DNA of 64,000 nucleotides from Cirrosporium novae-zelandiae (Eukaryota): NCBI GenBank assembly GCA_026023565.1, contig JAPETS010000033.1, positions 1 to 64,000 of the forward strand, read 5' to 3'. Shown piece by piece: positions 10,116 to 23,090 of this stretch (position 1 is its first letter; each line of letters starts with the position of its first letter). The notes under the pieces were generated by a model. It saw only the letters and a program-made list of their open reading frames with translations, ran no database searches and was not told where the DNA came from. The position numbers and the translations under genes were made by a program.

Positions 10116-13100
10116 GGTGGAGTTGTTGGAAATTTTCGAAAAGGTCATTCACGGTTGATTTAAACAGTTACCAGACCACCGGGGTAAGATTCATTAAAAG
10201 TAAGGTAAAGGAAATAATAGAAGAATTTGGACTCGATTGAATTCGCCTTCTAACACGATCCTTTCGATTAGCATTGGAAGATTACCAAGCATAGTTGAAG
10301 TATCTCACCCTTAATAACCTTAATAGCTTCCAGTTCTTGTTCGTCTTCGACAGTTGCAAAAGGTTCCGATTCCTCAATCAATGCGTCGTTGTCGTTGTCG
10401 TTGTGGAGCAAAAGGATGTCCTGGTGGAAAGATGGTACTGGAATACAAGACCCAACGGTTAAATCTTCCTCAAAGAGAGTAATGGCCAAAGTAAATGTTT
10501 GGCGATGAATGGACAGGAAGTTGTTAGGATTAATTGTGAACCAGAGCTCAGAGAATGATTGAACCAGCCAAAGGACAATGGAAGTTAAGAATCAAGATGG
10601 AGTGATGAGCGAAATAGAACTAGCTACTTCAAAAGGTCAGGAGGGAAAGGCGAAGAAAGGCGGAAGACGTTGTTCGAAGAAGGGAGTAAAGATGATGGGG
10701 GGGGGGGACCGTCTTTGGGGGGGACCTTGGACCGAGCTGGAGACAAGGAACAATTGGGTGGTGGTGAGTAGCTGGACGGTGGTCGAGAATTGCAACGGTT
10801 TTAATGCCCGTAGGAGCTTAAGTTAGAGAAACTCTGGGAGACTAGAAGACTAAAAGATTCGGACTCTGTGTCCAACGGGGATTCTCCCCTCTGTTGTTGT
10901 AGGGATTGGGGATTGGGGAATTGAGTGAACTACACGTGCGTTTGCAGATAGCTTACTTTTGATATTAAGGTGCATCTGCTCCTATTCCATGTTGAGTATT
11001 TTTTTTCTTTTTTCTTCCCTGCAGACCGAAGCAAAGAATGACAACGAATGCTTTTCCCAATTCCAGGATTATCAAGCTTTTAGCCTGAAAACGCCATGTG
11101 GTGAGAAAGCCATTTGGATGAATTTGACGAATGAATTGACAAGTTGCTTTCATTACTTAGACCCTGTCCCGGCACGTCCTAGCTCCATTAACCGTTCACT
11201 GCCAGTCCAAAACTTATTTTATATTGACTTTCACTAATCATTGTGAAAGCATTTGGCAACAATCCCCGGGAATAATTTGTTTTTTTCCCTAGATCAATAA
11301 GGTTGACAGGCTATCATCTCGGTATATCACTTGCCATGGAACCAAAGAAGCAGAGGAAGAAAAAAAGAAGGAAATTCAAGGATAGAAAGTCCAAGTTGTT
11401 GTCCCCACATTTGTGTAGCCAATGCCCATGGTAGGTATAGAACGGTTCGGCTAGATCTAGAAACGGAATACGGACACTACTTAGGTACTTAGGTAACTCG
11501 AGCATTACTGTACAAGAAGTACAAGAGTACAAGAGTACGTGGACATGGGAGACAGCACCACACCTGCAGATTAAACTGCAGATACGAATCCCTCTTATTA
11601 TCAAACTATATAGGTTAGGTACTTTCTGAAACCTGGTAAAGAATTGAACTTTGTTAAGTCTCAAGTTGGAACTTTCAGACGCCATGTGTCAAACTTAATC
11701 ATCACTTTATCTGGTGATGAAGTCAAGTCAGGATCGCCATGGTTTGATATCCCGCAGATTAAATTCAATTAACCACCTAGAGTAAACTACTTCATACAGT
11801 AGTATCTAATCTCTCAGAGCCTTGTTGCTCGCCATGTTTGATTTCCCTCGATACCCCTGAAGATATCAGAAAAAAAACAAGCCTCTAGACGTTTCAGATG
11901 AAATTACACTATCCTTGACCTTGACAACATGGTTCTGTCCACACTACTATACAGTATTTACATAATTTACAGGGTAGATCGATATTAACAATGACTAAGA
12001 ACAACATGGTTATTATTTGCGCCATTTATTTTATATCCCATTGGAAAGGGTTTCTATATGAACATGAAAATATAAAACATCTTGGTGTTCCATGGATCGG
12101 ATGAATGGAAATTTCCTTGTATCACAGGGAACATGTGAAGATTTTCTCAATGGCGTACAGATGCGGAAAGCTCGTGCGTCTATTTCCCTAAGGTATTCAA
12201 ATCGATGGATTAACTTCTAGCATGGATTCATCCCACGTGTTTCTGACTCTTTGAATCTGTGGCTCAGCGCTTTGTTCAAATCCTACTGTCAACAATTAGT
12301 AATCTATATGCGATTCCATTCCATCTTGACTGTTATCGGTATGCGATGAAAAGCTAATTCCTGGTTGTATGTCTAGGAGTTGGAAGTTAAAGCTTCGCTT
12401 GCTGAAAAACTTTTGGTTGAGAGACACCAATTCATGCAGCCTTGGCCTGTGTAACATAAATTATTGACTGATGGCAAGTTTCTCGGTCAACCTCAAGCAG
12501 TGCTGGAGTCCAGTCAACCCCTGCAAACCTTTGACCTACAGCTTGGGTGTATCCGTGGGGATGGGGAGAGCCAGGCGGTGGCCTTGTTGTCTTGGAAGCC
12601 TGCAACTCCATTTCACTTTCCAACAACTATTGACGTCTAATCCCAAGATTCCTGAGCCAAGACGATAATTACCAGTATATGCAAAGTAGCTCGGAGACCG
12701 TCTTAGAGTTTATGGAAGGTTGAAGCGCGCATCCCCGACCGGACCGTGAGCCTGGGGAACATCTATGCATTGAGTTTTACTCCCTATGGTAGCTTTGGCC
12801 TGTGTATAAGTCGGGACTCGTGAGTAATATTTCATGTACCATAGCGGATAGATCCTAGTCGATTGTCAGCATTGACTAGAAAAGAATTAGGTGGCAATGC
12901 TTTGGAGAGATGGGAAGAAATATTGATGTGATTGACTGCATCGCCGTGGTTGGATCGCTTCTTGCAGATGTCGTGAGTGACTCTTTAGAGCAAATAAGAT
13001 GTGGGCGAAACCAAGATTTGCAGATGGCAATGGTTTATATAACTGTGGAGGCAAACACCGACGATGACGGATTTGAGCGAGGTAAAAATATAATAAGTGG

Positions 13101-14558
13101 TTCATGAACGAACTCAATGACAAGGTCAATTTCGGATGTAACTGGAAGCCAACAGTACTCACAATAAGTTGCATTGGAAATGGACATTTATCAAAAAGTC
13201 GTACCTTGAAGTGGGATAAAGTTATTGATGTCACCTGTTCCACTCTCTCACCACCACTACTCCGAACTGTTCCTTGAATCTACCAAGTCCCACAACGAAT
13301 CACAAGTTATAATTTACAACAGAAGATTTTTAGGGATTCTAGAAATTTATTCTCATTGGTTTGTTTTTTAATGGTTCAACTAACTACCTAGGGAGGTATT
13401 TAAAAATTGATGCAGAATCTCCGAAGCTGAACTGTGCTCGAGTACAAGGCGTTCAGCCCCAGTGGGATGGTGGCACAAAAGGCACAGGAAGTTAAAGATT
13501 TATTTCCCCCCTCGGGCTCGGTTTTGTCGTCGGTATCCGCCTGGCAAAAGACCCGAGAAGGCCTTACAGTACGCGCGGAAAGGAACAGATGAACAGATGA
13601 AAACATGTTGGTTACACAGTACACCAGCATTTGATGGTCAATAATGTGAAAAAATAATTGAAAAAGCAGGAGACAGACATGTCATGGCCAAGATACGGAC
13701 ATGGTATCGAATTTATCCTGTCCGAAATTTGCGCAGTTGATTTTAATTCATGGCCATCAAAATCATCGTTCTGTTCCTACCACGCCCACCTACCTAGGGA
13801 CCTTAGGGGCCTTAGGTGCCTTGGAGAGACGAGGGATAAGCCATTGGGGCTATACACAAAGTTTGAAGGAGCCTCCAACGCTTGTTTCCAAATCATCCAA
13901 ATGTAATCATTTTTTTTTATCAACCATCACGACGGTGAATGGCTTTTTATCAGTCGGCATTTGATGGCCATGATGATGGATGAAATTTAGGCCCAGCCGA
14001 TAATACATCGGTCCTACCATCTCACCAGTAGTTGTAACAGGGCATCTAGAAGGTATGTCGAAGCTCGTACGGATTTTACAACTCACGTTCCCCAGAAGGA
14101 AGGATGAGGTTGGTGGGCTGATGATTAAATGAAAGCAAATAGGATCAGAGTTTTTTCGAAGGGACAACAAGGGCTGCAACTAGGAGATGGCTCGACTGCA
14201 ACAAGCTGCCTAGGTATTTCAGAGATGGATCTCAATGCTGCAGTTCAACTTGTCCCGATATTGTTGGAGAGACTGTGAATGTGGATTGATGGTTTAAGTG
14301 GCCAGAAGTGGCCAGGTCGAAGAGGGGCCCATCAGGCCGCTTACAGTAATCCTAGCACGCCTAAGGTAATCTGATGTCCCCTGGTCCCCTCTGGTCACCT
14401 CAGCAAAGCATCATGCCCCACCATCCAAAACCATACCACCAAGTCTGTGACCGCCCCCCGCCGCTCCCATCCTCGACAATTTTCAATCTTTCAAATAACC
14501 AGCAACAGCTCCATCCGTTCGAAACTCACCTTCTTCATCTTTCATCAAAATCGCAATC

Positions 14559-17107
14559 ATGGGGTATACCGAAACAGACACACTTTGCATTAACACCATC
14601 CGTACTTTGGCTGTACGTATATATCTCTCGCTTGCTATCTCTATCTCCTCTCTATCTCGCTCGATCTCTCTAAATTGCCCCGCACTCAACCATCAAGAAT
14701 CCTCATCTAGAATGCCTCAACTTTTTTGATGAGTGAAATTTTTACTGACTTGAATTTTCATCTTAATAGGCGGATGCCACATTCAATGCCAACTCGGGGC
14801 ATCCGGGTGCTCCTATGGGCCTCGCTCCCCTTGCCCACGTTCTTTTCAACAAATTCATGACCTTTAACCCCAAGAACCCCCACTGGGCCAACCGAGATCG
14901 ATTCGTTCTTTCGTAAGTCATGTTTGATAGCCATCACTCTTATGCAATAGTAAAAGCACAACCAATTGGGATAAATGCTGCGTGGCAATTGGTTGAGGTT
15001 GAATAATACCTTTGCCACGGTGAATTTCTCACAAACACCCAACAATTTTGGAAAAAAGCATAAAATATCCCCGGCTCATGATTTATAACAGATTGAGAAT
15101 ATGACTAACACAATTGTATCCAACTAGAAATGGTCATGCTTGCATGCTTCAATATGCTCTCCTTCACCTCTTTGGCTATGCTGTTTCTTTGGATGACATA
15201 AAGAAGTTCAGAGTAAGTGGTTCAGAAACTTTCACTTGAAGACCAAAAGGTATCCTCTTACTAATCAAACTCAATTGTGTAGAAAGTCGACAGCATTTGC
15301 CCAGGTCACCCAGAAGTTCATGCCACCCCAGGAATTGAGGTCACCACCGGACCTCTTGGACAGGGTTTCACCAACTCGGTTGGTCTCGCCATTGCCCAGG
15401 CCCACACTGCCGCAGAATTCAACAAGCCAGGTTTTGACATAATCAACAACTACACCTACTGTATTCTTGGTGATGGCTGCTTGATGGAGGGTGTTGCCAG
15501 TGAAGCTGCTTCGCTTGCTGGGCATCTTCAATTGGGCAACCTCATCATGCTTTATGATGATAACCACATTTCCATTGGTAAACAACTCTTTTGAATGTTC
15601 GAATGTGGTTGGCGCTAACAGATTGGCAGATGGTGACACCAACTCCGCCTTCACTGAGGATGTCATGAAGAGATTTGAATCCTATGGTTGGCACACCTCG
15701 TGGGTCAAGGATGGTGACAACGACCTTGCTGGAATCGAAGCTGCCATTGAAGCCGCTAAGAAGGTTACCAACAAACCATCTTTGGTCAAGATCACCACCA
15801 CCATTGGTTATGGTTCTAAGAACCAGGGTACCGCTGGTGTGCACGGAAGCCCCCTCAAGGCTGATGATATCGAGAGCATCAAATCCAAATTCGGATTTGA
15901 CCCTAAGCAGACCTTTGTTGTCCCTAAGGAAGTCTATGAGGCCTATGGCAAGCACGCCGCCGAGGGTGCTGCAGTTGAGGCTGAGTGGAACAAGCTCTTC
16001 GCAGAGTACGGTAAGAAGTACTCTTCCGAACACGCTGACCTCTCTCGACGATTGTCCGGAAAGCTCCCCGAAGGCTGGGAGAAGAAGCTCCCTACCTACA
16101 AGCCAACCGACAAGGCTATCGCCTCCCGAAAGCTTTCTGAAGCTGTTCTCGAGGCCATCCACGACGTCATCCCTGAACTCATCGGTGGATCCGCCGACTT
16201 GACTGGCTCCAACAACACCCGGTGGAAGAATGCTGTTGACTTCCAACCCCCCAGCACCGGTCTCGGTGATTGGTCTGGCCGCTATCTACGATATGGTGTC
16301 CGTGAACACGCCATGGTTGGTATTATGAACGGTCTCGATGCTTACGGCACCCTCATCCCATATGGCGGTACCTTCCTGAACTTTATTTCTTACGCTGCCG
16401 GCTCTATCCGTCTTTCCGCCCTCTCCCACCACCGCTCCATCCTTGTTGCCACCCACGACTCTATCGGTCTTGGTGAGGATGGCCCCACCCATCAACCCAT
16501 CGAAGTGCTCGCTCACTTCCGCGCTCTTCCCAACTGCATGGTCTGGAGACCCGCAGACGGCAACGAGACCTCCGCTGCCTACTACATGGCCTTGACCTCC
16601 AAGTCAACCCCAAGCATCCTCGCCCTTACCCGTCAAAACCTCCCTCAATTGGAGAACTCGACGATCGAAGGCGGTATCAAGGGTGGCTACGTTGCTGTTG
16701 AGAACAAGAATGCCGATGTCACTCTCATTTCCTCCGGTTCTGAAGTCTCTATCTGCGTCGACACCGTCAATGAACTCAAGGAAAAGCACAACATCACCGC
16801 CCGTGTGGTCTCCCTCCCCTGCTTCGAAGTATTCGATGCCCAATCCCAAGAATACCGTCTCTCCGTCCTCCCCGATGGCATCCCAACCATGTCTGTCGAA
16901 GTCATGTCCACCATGGGATGGGAGAAATACTCGCACGAGCAATTCGGCCTCAACAGATTCGGTGCCTCCGGCCCATACAAGGACCTGTACAAGAAGTTCG
17001 AGTTCACGCCTGAGGGTATTGCCAAGAGGGCTGTTGCCACCGTCGAGTTCTACAAGGGTGTCAACCCTCGCTCTCCGGTCAACCGTGCCTTCAAGCAGCT
17101 CATCTAA
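14559..17107 (+). CDS. TKL1: Transketolase; 4 introns
   Basis: [52 protein letters not shown] and [18 protein letters not shown]. Strongly biased codon usage. Confidence 0.97.
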
Positions 17108-18084
17108 ATTACTCCTTTCCCCACGGAATGAACTTTCGCTGGTCGACATGTGGCTATGGTTATTAGACATGATCGCTCGCATCGTTCTTCCCGCTCCTTT
17201 CTTCCGTCACCACTGGAGCTGTGATAAATGTCTGACTTATGAACTTTTTCTTCTTTCGGGTGTGAATTTGGTGACGGGTAATTAGATATGCAGACAACAC
17301 AGGTGGAATGGTAAAGGAAGCTTCTTAAAATGAAGTAGATAGACGCTTTTGCATGAATAAAAATGAAAACATGATTAGATCAATATACACCTTTGCTTTC
17401 CTGGTCAACGTAGAATTCTTTTAGGGATTTCAAAGAGTTATCGCACTGGATGCTTTAGATTACGCCGGGTTTCTATAGTTACCTAAATGAATACACCGTT
17501 GGTTCCTGGATTGAGGTGGAACTCCACATCCATTTTACCATGTAATGAATGATGGCCAACTATCGCAATACTGTAGGTTCAAAAGGGCTTAAATTCCAAG
17601 TTTTGACAATATCTTCATTTCAAATCCAGTATTGTTATCTTTATTTCAATATCTCTCCGTCCCATGCTCAACAGCATTTTGATCTTAGCTAGGGCCTTTC
17701 TTAGTGATAGCCATGTAGAACCGCTCCAGAGGATAGTGCTATGCTTGATCCGAACTTCCATATAGAACCCCCCAGATTTTTCAAAAGTCTTTTATCTCCT
17801 CATTCTAGGGTTGGTATATACATTCGTAGCTGCAGCCAGATTCATAGATTATCAGTCTCCATCTTCTATTTCCTATCACGGATTTGGTCCATCGGCTCCA
17901 AAGTTTCATTAGGAGCGGGTAGCTGGTTAGGACTCTGCGGATACTATAGACACGACCCGACCCAGCACTCTTTTGTTAAGAAAGGTAGCGGTTCTAAGTA
18001 TCTAGGTAGGTTCTAATTAGCTGTCGAAATTTATGACGAGTTTGGTAAATAGCTATAGCTAGGCACCTTTTGATAACAGAGTGG

Positions 18085-18144
18085 CTTGGCCTTGACGCTA
18101 AACGCGGAAAATCGCATTTTCCGCGTCACGTGTGGTGGCTTGGC
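18085..18144. promoter_or_regulatory. Motif cluster upstream of VMA3: two GCCAAG (PacC consensus, minus strand), a perfect 11-bp inverted repeat and a TCACGTG E-box
   Basis: CTTGGC at 18085-18090 and 18139-18144; ACGCGGAAAAT-cgc-ATTTTCCGCGT at 18102-18126; TCACGTG at 18126-18132. Confidence 0.4.
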
Positions 18145-18348
18145 GTGATTTGAGATTGGGGAGCTAACAGAAGCGAGCCATCTTTCTTGACTTCATCAAC
18201 CTCTAAGCTCGACTTGCAAAAGCTGTCAACATCTCGAAAGCCCTTACTCCTTCCTCACCTTCAGCCTTCAACCTCGTATAATCTCCCAAGAGGACTGTGG
18301 TAATTTATTTAGAGCCTGAGAGCTGTTGACGCGTATTCTTCTAACAAG

Positions 18349-19209
18349 ATGTCTACCGAACTTTGGTAAGATTACCTCCTTTGTCTCCAAGAAAGACTTC
18401 ATTGGATGGAAGCTACTATCCATTCTTTGAGATGCTTTAAAATAATTTCTATAAAGTTGTATGGCCCTGTTGCTAACAGAATACTTGATTTAGTCCCGTC
18501 TATGCTGTTAGTCACCCTTCCTCCAAATCCTAGGACTGGAGTGTCTGATTGAATCTACCTTGTGGATGATGAACTGGACTTCCATCCTTCCCAAGCTCTC
18601 GTTTATGCAATATAAGGCTAACCTAGGACTATAGCCGTTTTTCGGAGCCATGGGCTGCACATCAGCCATCGTCTTCACTTGCTTTGGTGCTGCCTATGGC
18701 ACAGCCAAGTCCGGTGTTGGTGTATCTGCTATGGGTGTCCTCCGACCTGATTTAATTGTCAAGAGTACGTCAATAGCACCCTTCCTAGATATTGCGATTG
18801 TGAACTAGCAATGCTGATCACTTGTCTTTATAGACATTATTCCCGTGGTTATGGCTGGTATCATCGGTATCTACGGATTAGTCGTTTCAGTTTTGATTTC
18901 CGGTGACCTGAAGCAAAAACTTCCTTTGTACACCGGATTCATCCAACTGGGTGCTGGATTGAGTGTCGGCTTGGCTGGTTTGGCTGCTGGGTAGGTTAAC
19001 ATAAATGGCAAGATATTTTATATACTAATCTTCAAAATAGCTTTGCTATTGGCATCGTCGGTGATGCTGGTGTACGGGGAACCGCACAACAACCCCGCCT
19101 ATTCGTCGGCATGATCCTTATCCTCATTTTCGCCGAAGTCTTGGGTCTTTACGGACTCATCGTCGCCTTGTTGATGAACTCGAAGGCTACCCTTGACGCG
19201 ACTTGCTAG
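18349..19209 (+). CDS. VMA3: V-ATPase V0 proteolipid subunit c; includes a 13-nt micro-exon (18494-18506); missed by the ORF track
   Basis: Spliced product [37 protein letters not shown]...[16 protein letters not shown]...[29 protein letters not shown] with the conserved Glu. Confidence 0.96.
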
Positions 19210-19999
19210 ATTTCTCACCTTACCTTTCGGTTCGTGCCACGGTAATGAGCTTCGTTGTACATTTCCGTATGGAGGAAACGAATTGGACTTGAGAATCGAT
19301 TTTGATTGACTTGGTGTGCGGTCGAGGAGGCCCCCAGGCAGCAGGAAACGTTGAATTGAATTTAAGAATACTATTGTGCACGTCTAGAAAAGGACTGGGT
19401 GGTTAACGGGCTTCACCCTGGCTGCAAGACGGAGGGGGTTTAGCTTACATGGAATTGCCTGCATCTACTGGTTGGGCAGCGATGTTAACTTATAGAGCTC
19501 TAACTGCAAACGCATTGGTAGGGCTCATGGCGTGAACTTGACTTGTGTTATGTATTTTGTTCTTTAGTTGAGGGGTCGATAATGGAGATGTGTATACTAC
19601 CACATACTGTCCCATGGTGTATACAAATGTTCTACTTCATTAGCTTGAGGATAGAGTTGTTGCCAATTGTATAATCATTGCAGTATATATATAAGTAGTA
19701 TTGATGAATAGAATGCTTTGTGGGTTGATAAATGCTTTAATGGAGTGCTGTACTCTATATTCCATGTCTATCATATGATCCATATCACAACCTGTAAGGA
19801 TTAGCTACGTACTTCCGTATCCGACTGTATGTACGAAGTGTCCGAAGTTCTGAAATATGATATTGTTGTACCTGATCCCGAAGAGGGTATATATTTATTA
19901 GTAGCGCCGACCCTAAACGCCTCTCATGGTATCTCCAGCTCATCTTGAGCTTCTCCAATTCCTTTAACCTAATACCGACCTATACCGTCACTTCACCTC

Positions 20000-20647
20000 C
20001 TACCCAGTCATTCTCCACAACTCCCTCAAATCTCCTCCCTCAACCATGCCATCCCCAACCCCAAACCCGTCCCCCACCTCCCCAATAACCCTACCTGGAC
20101 TCCCTCCCACAATGCTAAAGCTCGGCACGACCATCCCGGCTGGAACGACAGTCCCCTCCAACACCTTCACAAAATCCTTTATAATACAAAACTTCTGTAT
20201 GATAGCCCCAGCTCCAATGTGCACATTGCTCCCAATACTCGCAGCTTCGATAATAGCCTCCTTGCCCACAAAGGTATGATCCCCGATCTTGAGCGGAAAG
20301 TAGCTAAAAACCCCCCGATGTGTTTTCGACGGCGGCCGCAGCGTGCAGCCGCGAGAGAGAAAGGTGTATCTACCAATGGCGACGGAGACATTAGAGGCAG
20401 TCGAATTCGGATTTGAGGATGTGTGATGCGACGGTGCCCGGCACAGGTCTCCTCGGATGCACACGTCGGCTTGTATTACCGTTCGCCCCCCTAAGATGAT
20501 GTGTTGCGTGCCATGGATTTGAGACCGTCGGGAGACTTTGTTGCCGGTGTCCTAGGGGGAGGGAAGGAATTAGCTTAAGCATGTGTGGGAGGGAGAGGAG
20601 GGAGAAGGTACGGTCTCTATGTACTCGCCGCGAGCTTTGGGAGGCAT
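20000..20647 (-). CDS. DCTN5: Dynactin subunit 5 (p25); intron 20552-20611
   Basis: EYIET|DTGNKVSRRSQIHGTQHIILGGRTVI, IRGDL, LRPP, PLKIGDH and hexapeptide repeats. Confidence 0.9.
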
Positions 20648-21143
20648 GATTTGTTTGAATTTGGAGAAATATGTCGTGCGGTTGGAGATGGAGATGGGAT
20701 GTATGGTTTGCGATAAGATAAGATGGTACTTTGTTGGTACAGAAGTATCAAAATAATCCCCGAAGGACCAACGTACTAAGAACCACAATAAAAAATTATC
20801 CAAAAAAAACTTCTAACTCGTAAATTTTATCATTTTATCTCACCGCTAATACAGCCCCTCCCCCCCCCCCCATGCCGGTAAGCCCCATTTGCTTTTAGTT
20901 CGGTAGTCCAGGGCCGCAATATTTAGAAAGTCGTTTGCTTCATGTCATTGGGAAAGGAAAAATTGATTTACGTTTATACTGTTCTTCTGAAGTGAAATTT
21001 CCGTTGTGTCCTGTACTGTACATGCGAGAGAGATACCGAGTTTGGATACAATAGAACCCAAACTAAAACTACCCAGCGGTTTCTGTCGAGAAACCTTTGA
21101 AGTCATCTTTCCTATATCATTATTTCCGACCCCCTCTCCAGAC

Positions 21144-22055
21144 ATGTTCAGCACAGACAGCCAACGGCAGTACCCCCCAGAGGCATCCGCCGCCGTGGTG
21201 GGCTGGCAACAACAAGAAAACCAGCAAGAATCCTCCTTCTGGCAAGAAGAAGACGACTGGAATGACCCCAACGACACAATCGCAGTCAACAACCTATACT
21301 TCAACACAACGGTGGGCCCGGACGCCTGGGGCCGAGAAAAATCCCAACCGATCACCATCACCCTCGAATTCTCCTGCAATCTCTCCAAGGCGGCCGCCAC
21401 AGACGACGTTGCACACACCATCAGCTACGGACAGATTGCAAAGGACATCACCAGTGGCATCAAGACGGATGCACCATTCCCAGACATCTTCACCTTCACG
21501 CATGCAGCGGCGCACTACGCGCTCGACGCACACGTCCACTCGTTCTCAGAGCGCACAGAAGCTGCCATCGTCGTCGGTTTACCCAAGGGTCTCCTCCGCC
21601 CCTGCGCAGCCTTCTCTTACCGTCGCGAGTTCTGCCCCGCAAAATCCCCCTTTCAGATCCTCGCTCACTCCATTTCCGTCTCCCGCCTCAATGCCACCTG
21701 CATCGTTGGTGTGAACCCCCATGAGCGTCTGCGAAAGCAGGTTGTCCTGATTTCCCTTAAGCTCACGCTGCCGGTCGACTCGCCCCAGTACACGGATGCG
21801 AAATTCGATTCTACAAAGTTTAATCATGTGGTTGATGCGCTGGGTGAGCTGGTTGGGGCGTCCACGTATAGGACCCTCGAGGCGCTGGCGACGTATGCGG
21901 TGCACTTTTTGTTTTCGCAGAGTATGGTTGCTACGGCTATTACGGTTACGGCTGAGAAGCCGAGTGCCGTTGCCGCGGCGGACACGACGGCTGTGACGAT
22001 TTCTAGATCTAGGGGTTGGTTTGAGAAGACTATGGCTGTGAGGGAGTATCGGTAG
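21144..22055 (+). CDS. Stand-alone dihydroneopterin aldolase with two tandem FolB domains
   Basis: Domain 1: VGPDAWGREKSQP..DDVAHTISYG. Domain 2: IVGVNPHERLRKQ..TLEALA..AEKPSA. First ATG at 21144. Confidence 0.85.
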   Translation: MFSTDSQRQYPPEASAAVVGWQQQENQQESSFWQEEDDWNDPNDTIAVNNLYFNTTVGPDAWGREKSQPITITLEFSCNLSKAAATDDVAHTISYGQIAKDITSGIKTDAPFPDIFTFTHAAAHYALDAHVHSFSERTEAAIVVGLPKGLLRPCAAFSYRREFCPAKSPFQILAHSISVSRLNATCIVGVNPHERLRKQVVLISLKLTLPVDSPQYTDAKFDSTKFNHVVDALGELVGASTYRTLEALATYAVHFLFSQSMVATAITVTAEKPSAVAAADTTAVTISRSRGWFEKTMAVREYR

Positions 22056-22392
22056 GACTGATTGGTTTTGAGGGGGTTAGGGCTGTGGACGGATGGATGG
22101 GTGATGTTGATTGGGGGGTTGAACTTTTTTGAGCTATCTTCAACAGATATCTGCTGCACCCGGAAAGTGTGTGTGGAAACTCGAAGGCTAGCTGGGCCAA
22201 CAACGACTTCAACAACAACAACAACCCCAACGGACCCCCGACTGACAATATCATATCCTTCCCCGAATCTCTTCCCCCCCACCCACTTAGACACACAACT
22301 ACATAAAACCCACCCATCCTCACCATCCTCACCATCCTAATCCCCATCACCCTATCACCCAATAACCCCCCTCCCCAATCTTACCAATCAAA

Positions 22393-23090
22393 ATTCCGAT
22401 TCCGGAACCGTGGATCCAATCCAATCCAATCCTGAGAGCTAAGAGTGTCATATTTCCTGGAGTTGGGGATTGAGATGGAGGATAGATGTTTAGGTATTCA
22501 AAAAAGGGAGAAGGAGAGAGATAGGAATACATCTGGATATTAAATACAAAATACCAGGTATCGAACGAACAGACAGATGAAATGAATGAAACCTATAATC
22601 CCACATCTTCGATCCTCCAATCCCAATCTCAATCTCCAACCTCCAACTCCGACTCCGAAACCGTGGACCCAGTTCAATCGCAATCCAACCCGATCCAGTC
22701 CGATCCAAAAGCCAAGAACCGTCATGTTTCCTGTTTCCTAGAGTTTGGAGTTTGGGGATGGGGGGGTTGAGTGGGAATTTGGATGGAGGATAGGTGTCCA
22801 GGCATTCAAAAAGGGGAGAGGGGGAAGAATAGGAATACACCCGGATATTAAATACCAGATACCAGACATCGAACGAACGAACAGACAAATAATAAAACCT
22901 CCATATCTATATTTTCGAAACTTCGACCCTCCAATCCTAATCCCTCAATTGCGGATCCCGTCTGATCCAATCCGATCTCGAGAGCTAGGAGTATCGCGTT
23001 TCCTAGAGTTCAGAATTTGGAGACGTGGAAATGGGACAGGGAAGAAGTGTTTAAATGTTTAGGCATTCTCCAGAAAAAAAAGGGGGGGGA
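22393..23090. repeat. Degenerate tandem repeat, about 2.5 units of 250-310 bp
   Basis: Recurring anchors: CCGTGGA (22408, 22661), TTTCCTrGAGTT (22453, 22734, 22999), GGATATTAAATAC (22535, 22843), TCGAACGAAC (22561, 22869). Confidence 0.8.

Noticed and set aside
10268..10591. About 108-codon open frame in the G-alpha 5' region
   Set aside because: No ATG, no family motif and no splice link to the G-alpha CDS.
12300..13250. Possible decayed gene in the G-alpha/TKL1 intergenic region
   Set aside because: Only short ORFs without a recognisable motif, so it cannot be supported without a search.
14559..17107. TPP riboswitch in transketolase (or other) introns
   Set aside because: No CTGAGA paired with the downstream GATAATnCCAGCG-type core was found.
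15545..17285. Long antisense and alternate-frame ORFs over transketolase (233, 200, 192 aa)
   Set aside because: Expected shadow ORFs from strong C-ending codon bias, with no recognisable motifs.
21006..21143. Non-AUG N-terminal extension of the aldolase (open frame from GTG 21006)
   Set aside because: Poor start context, and the peptide is acidic/Pro-rich, unlike a targeting sequence.
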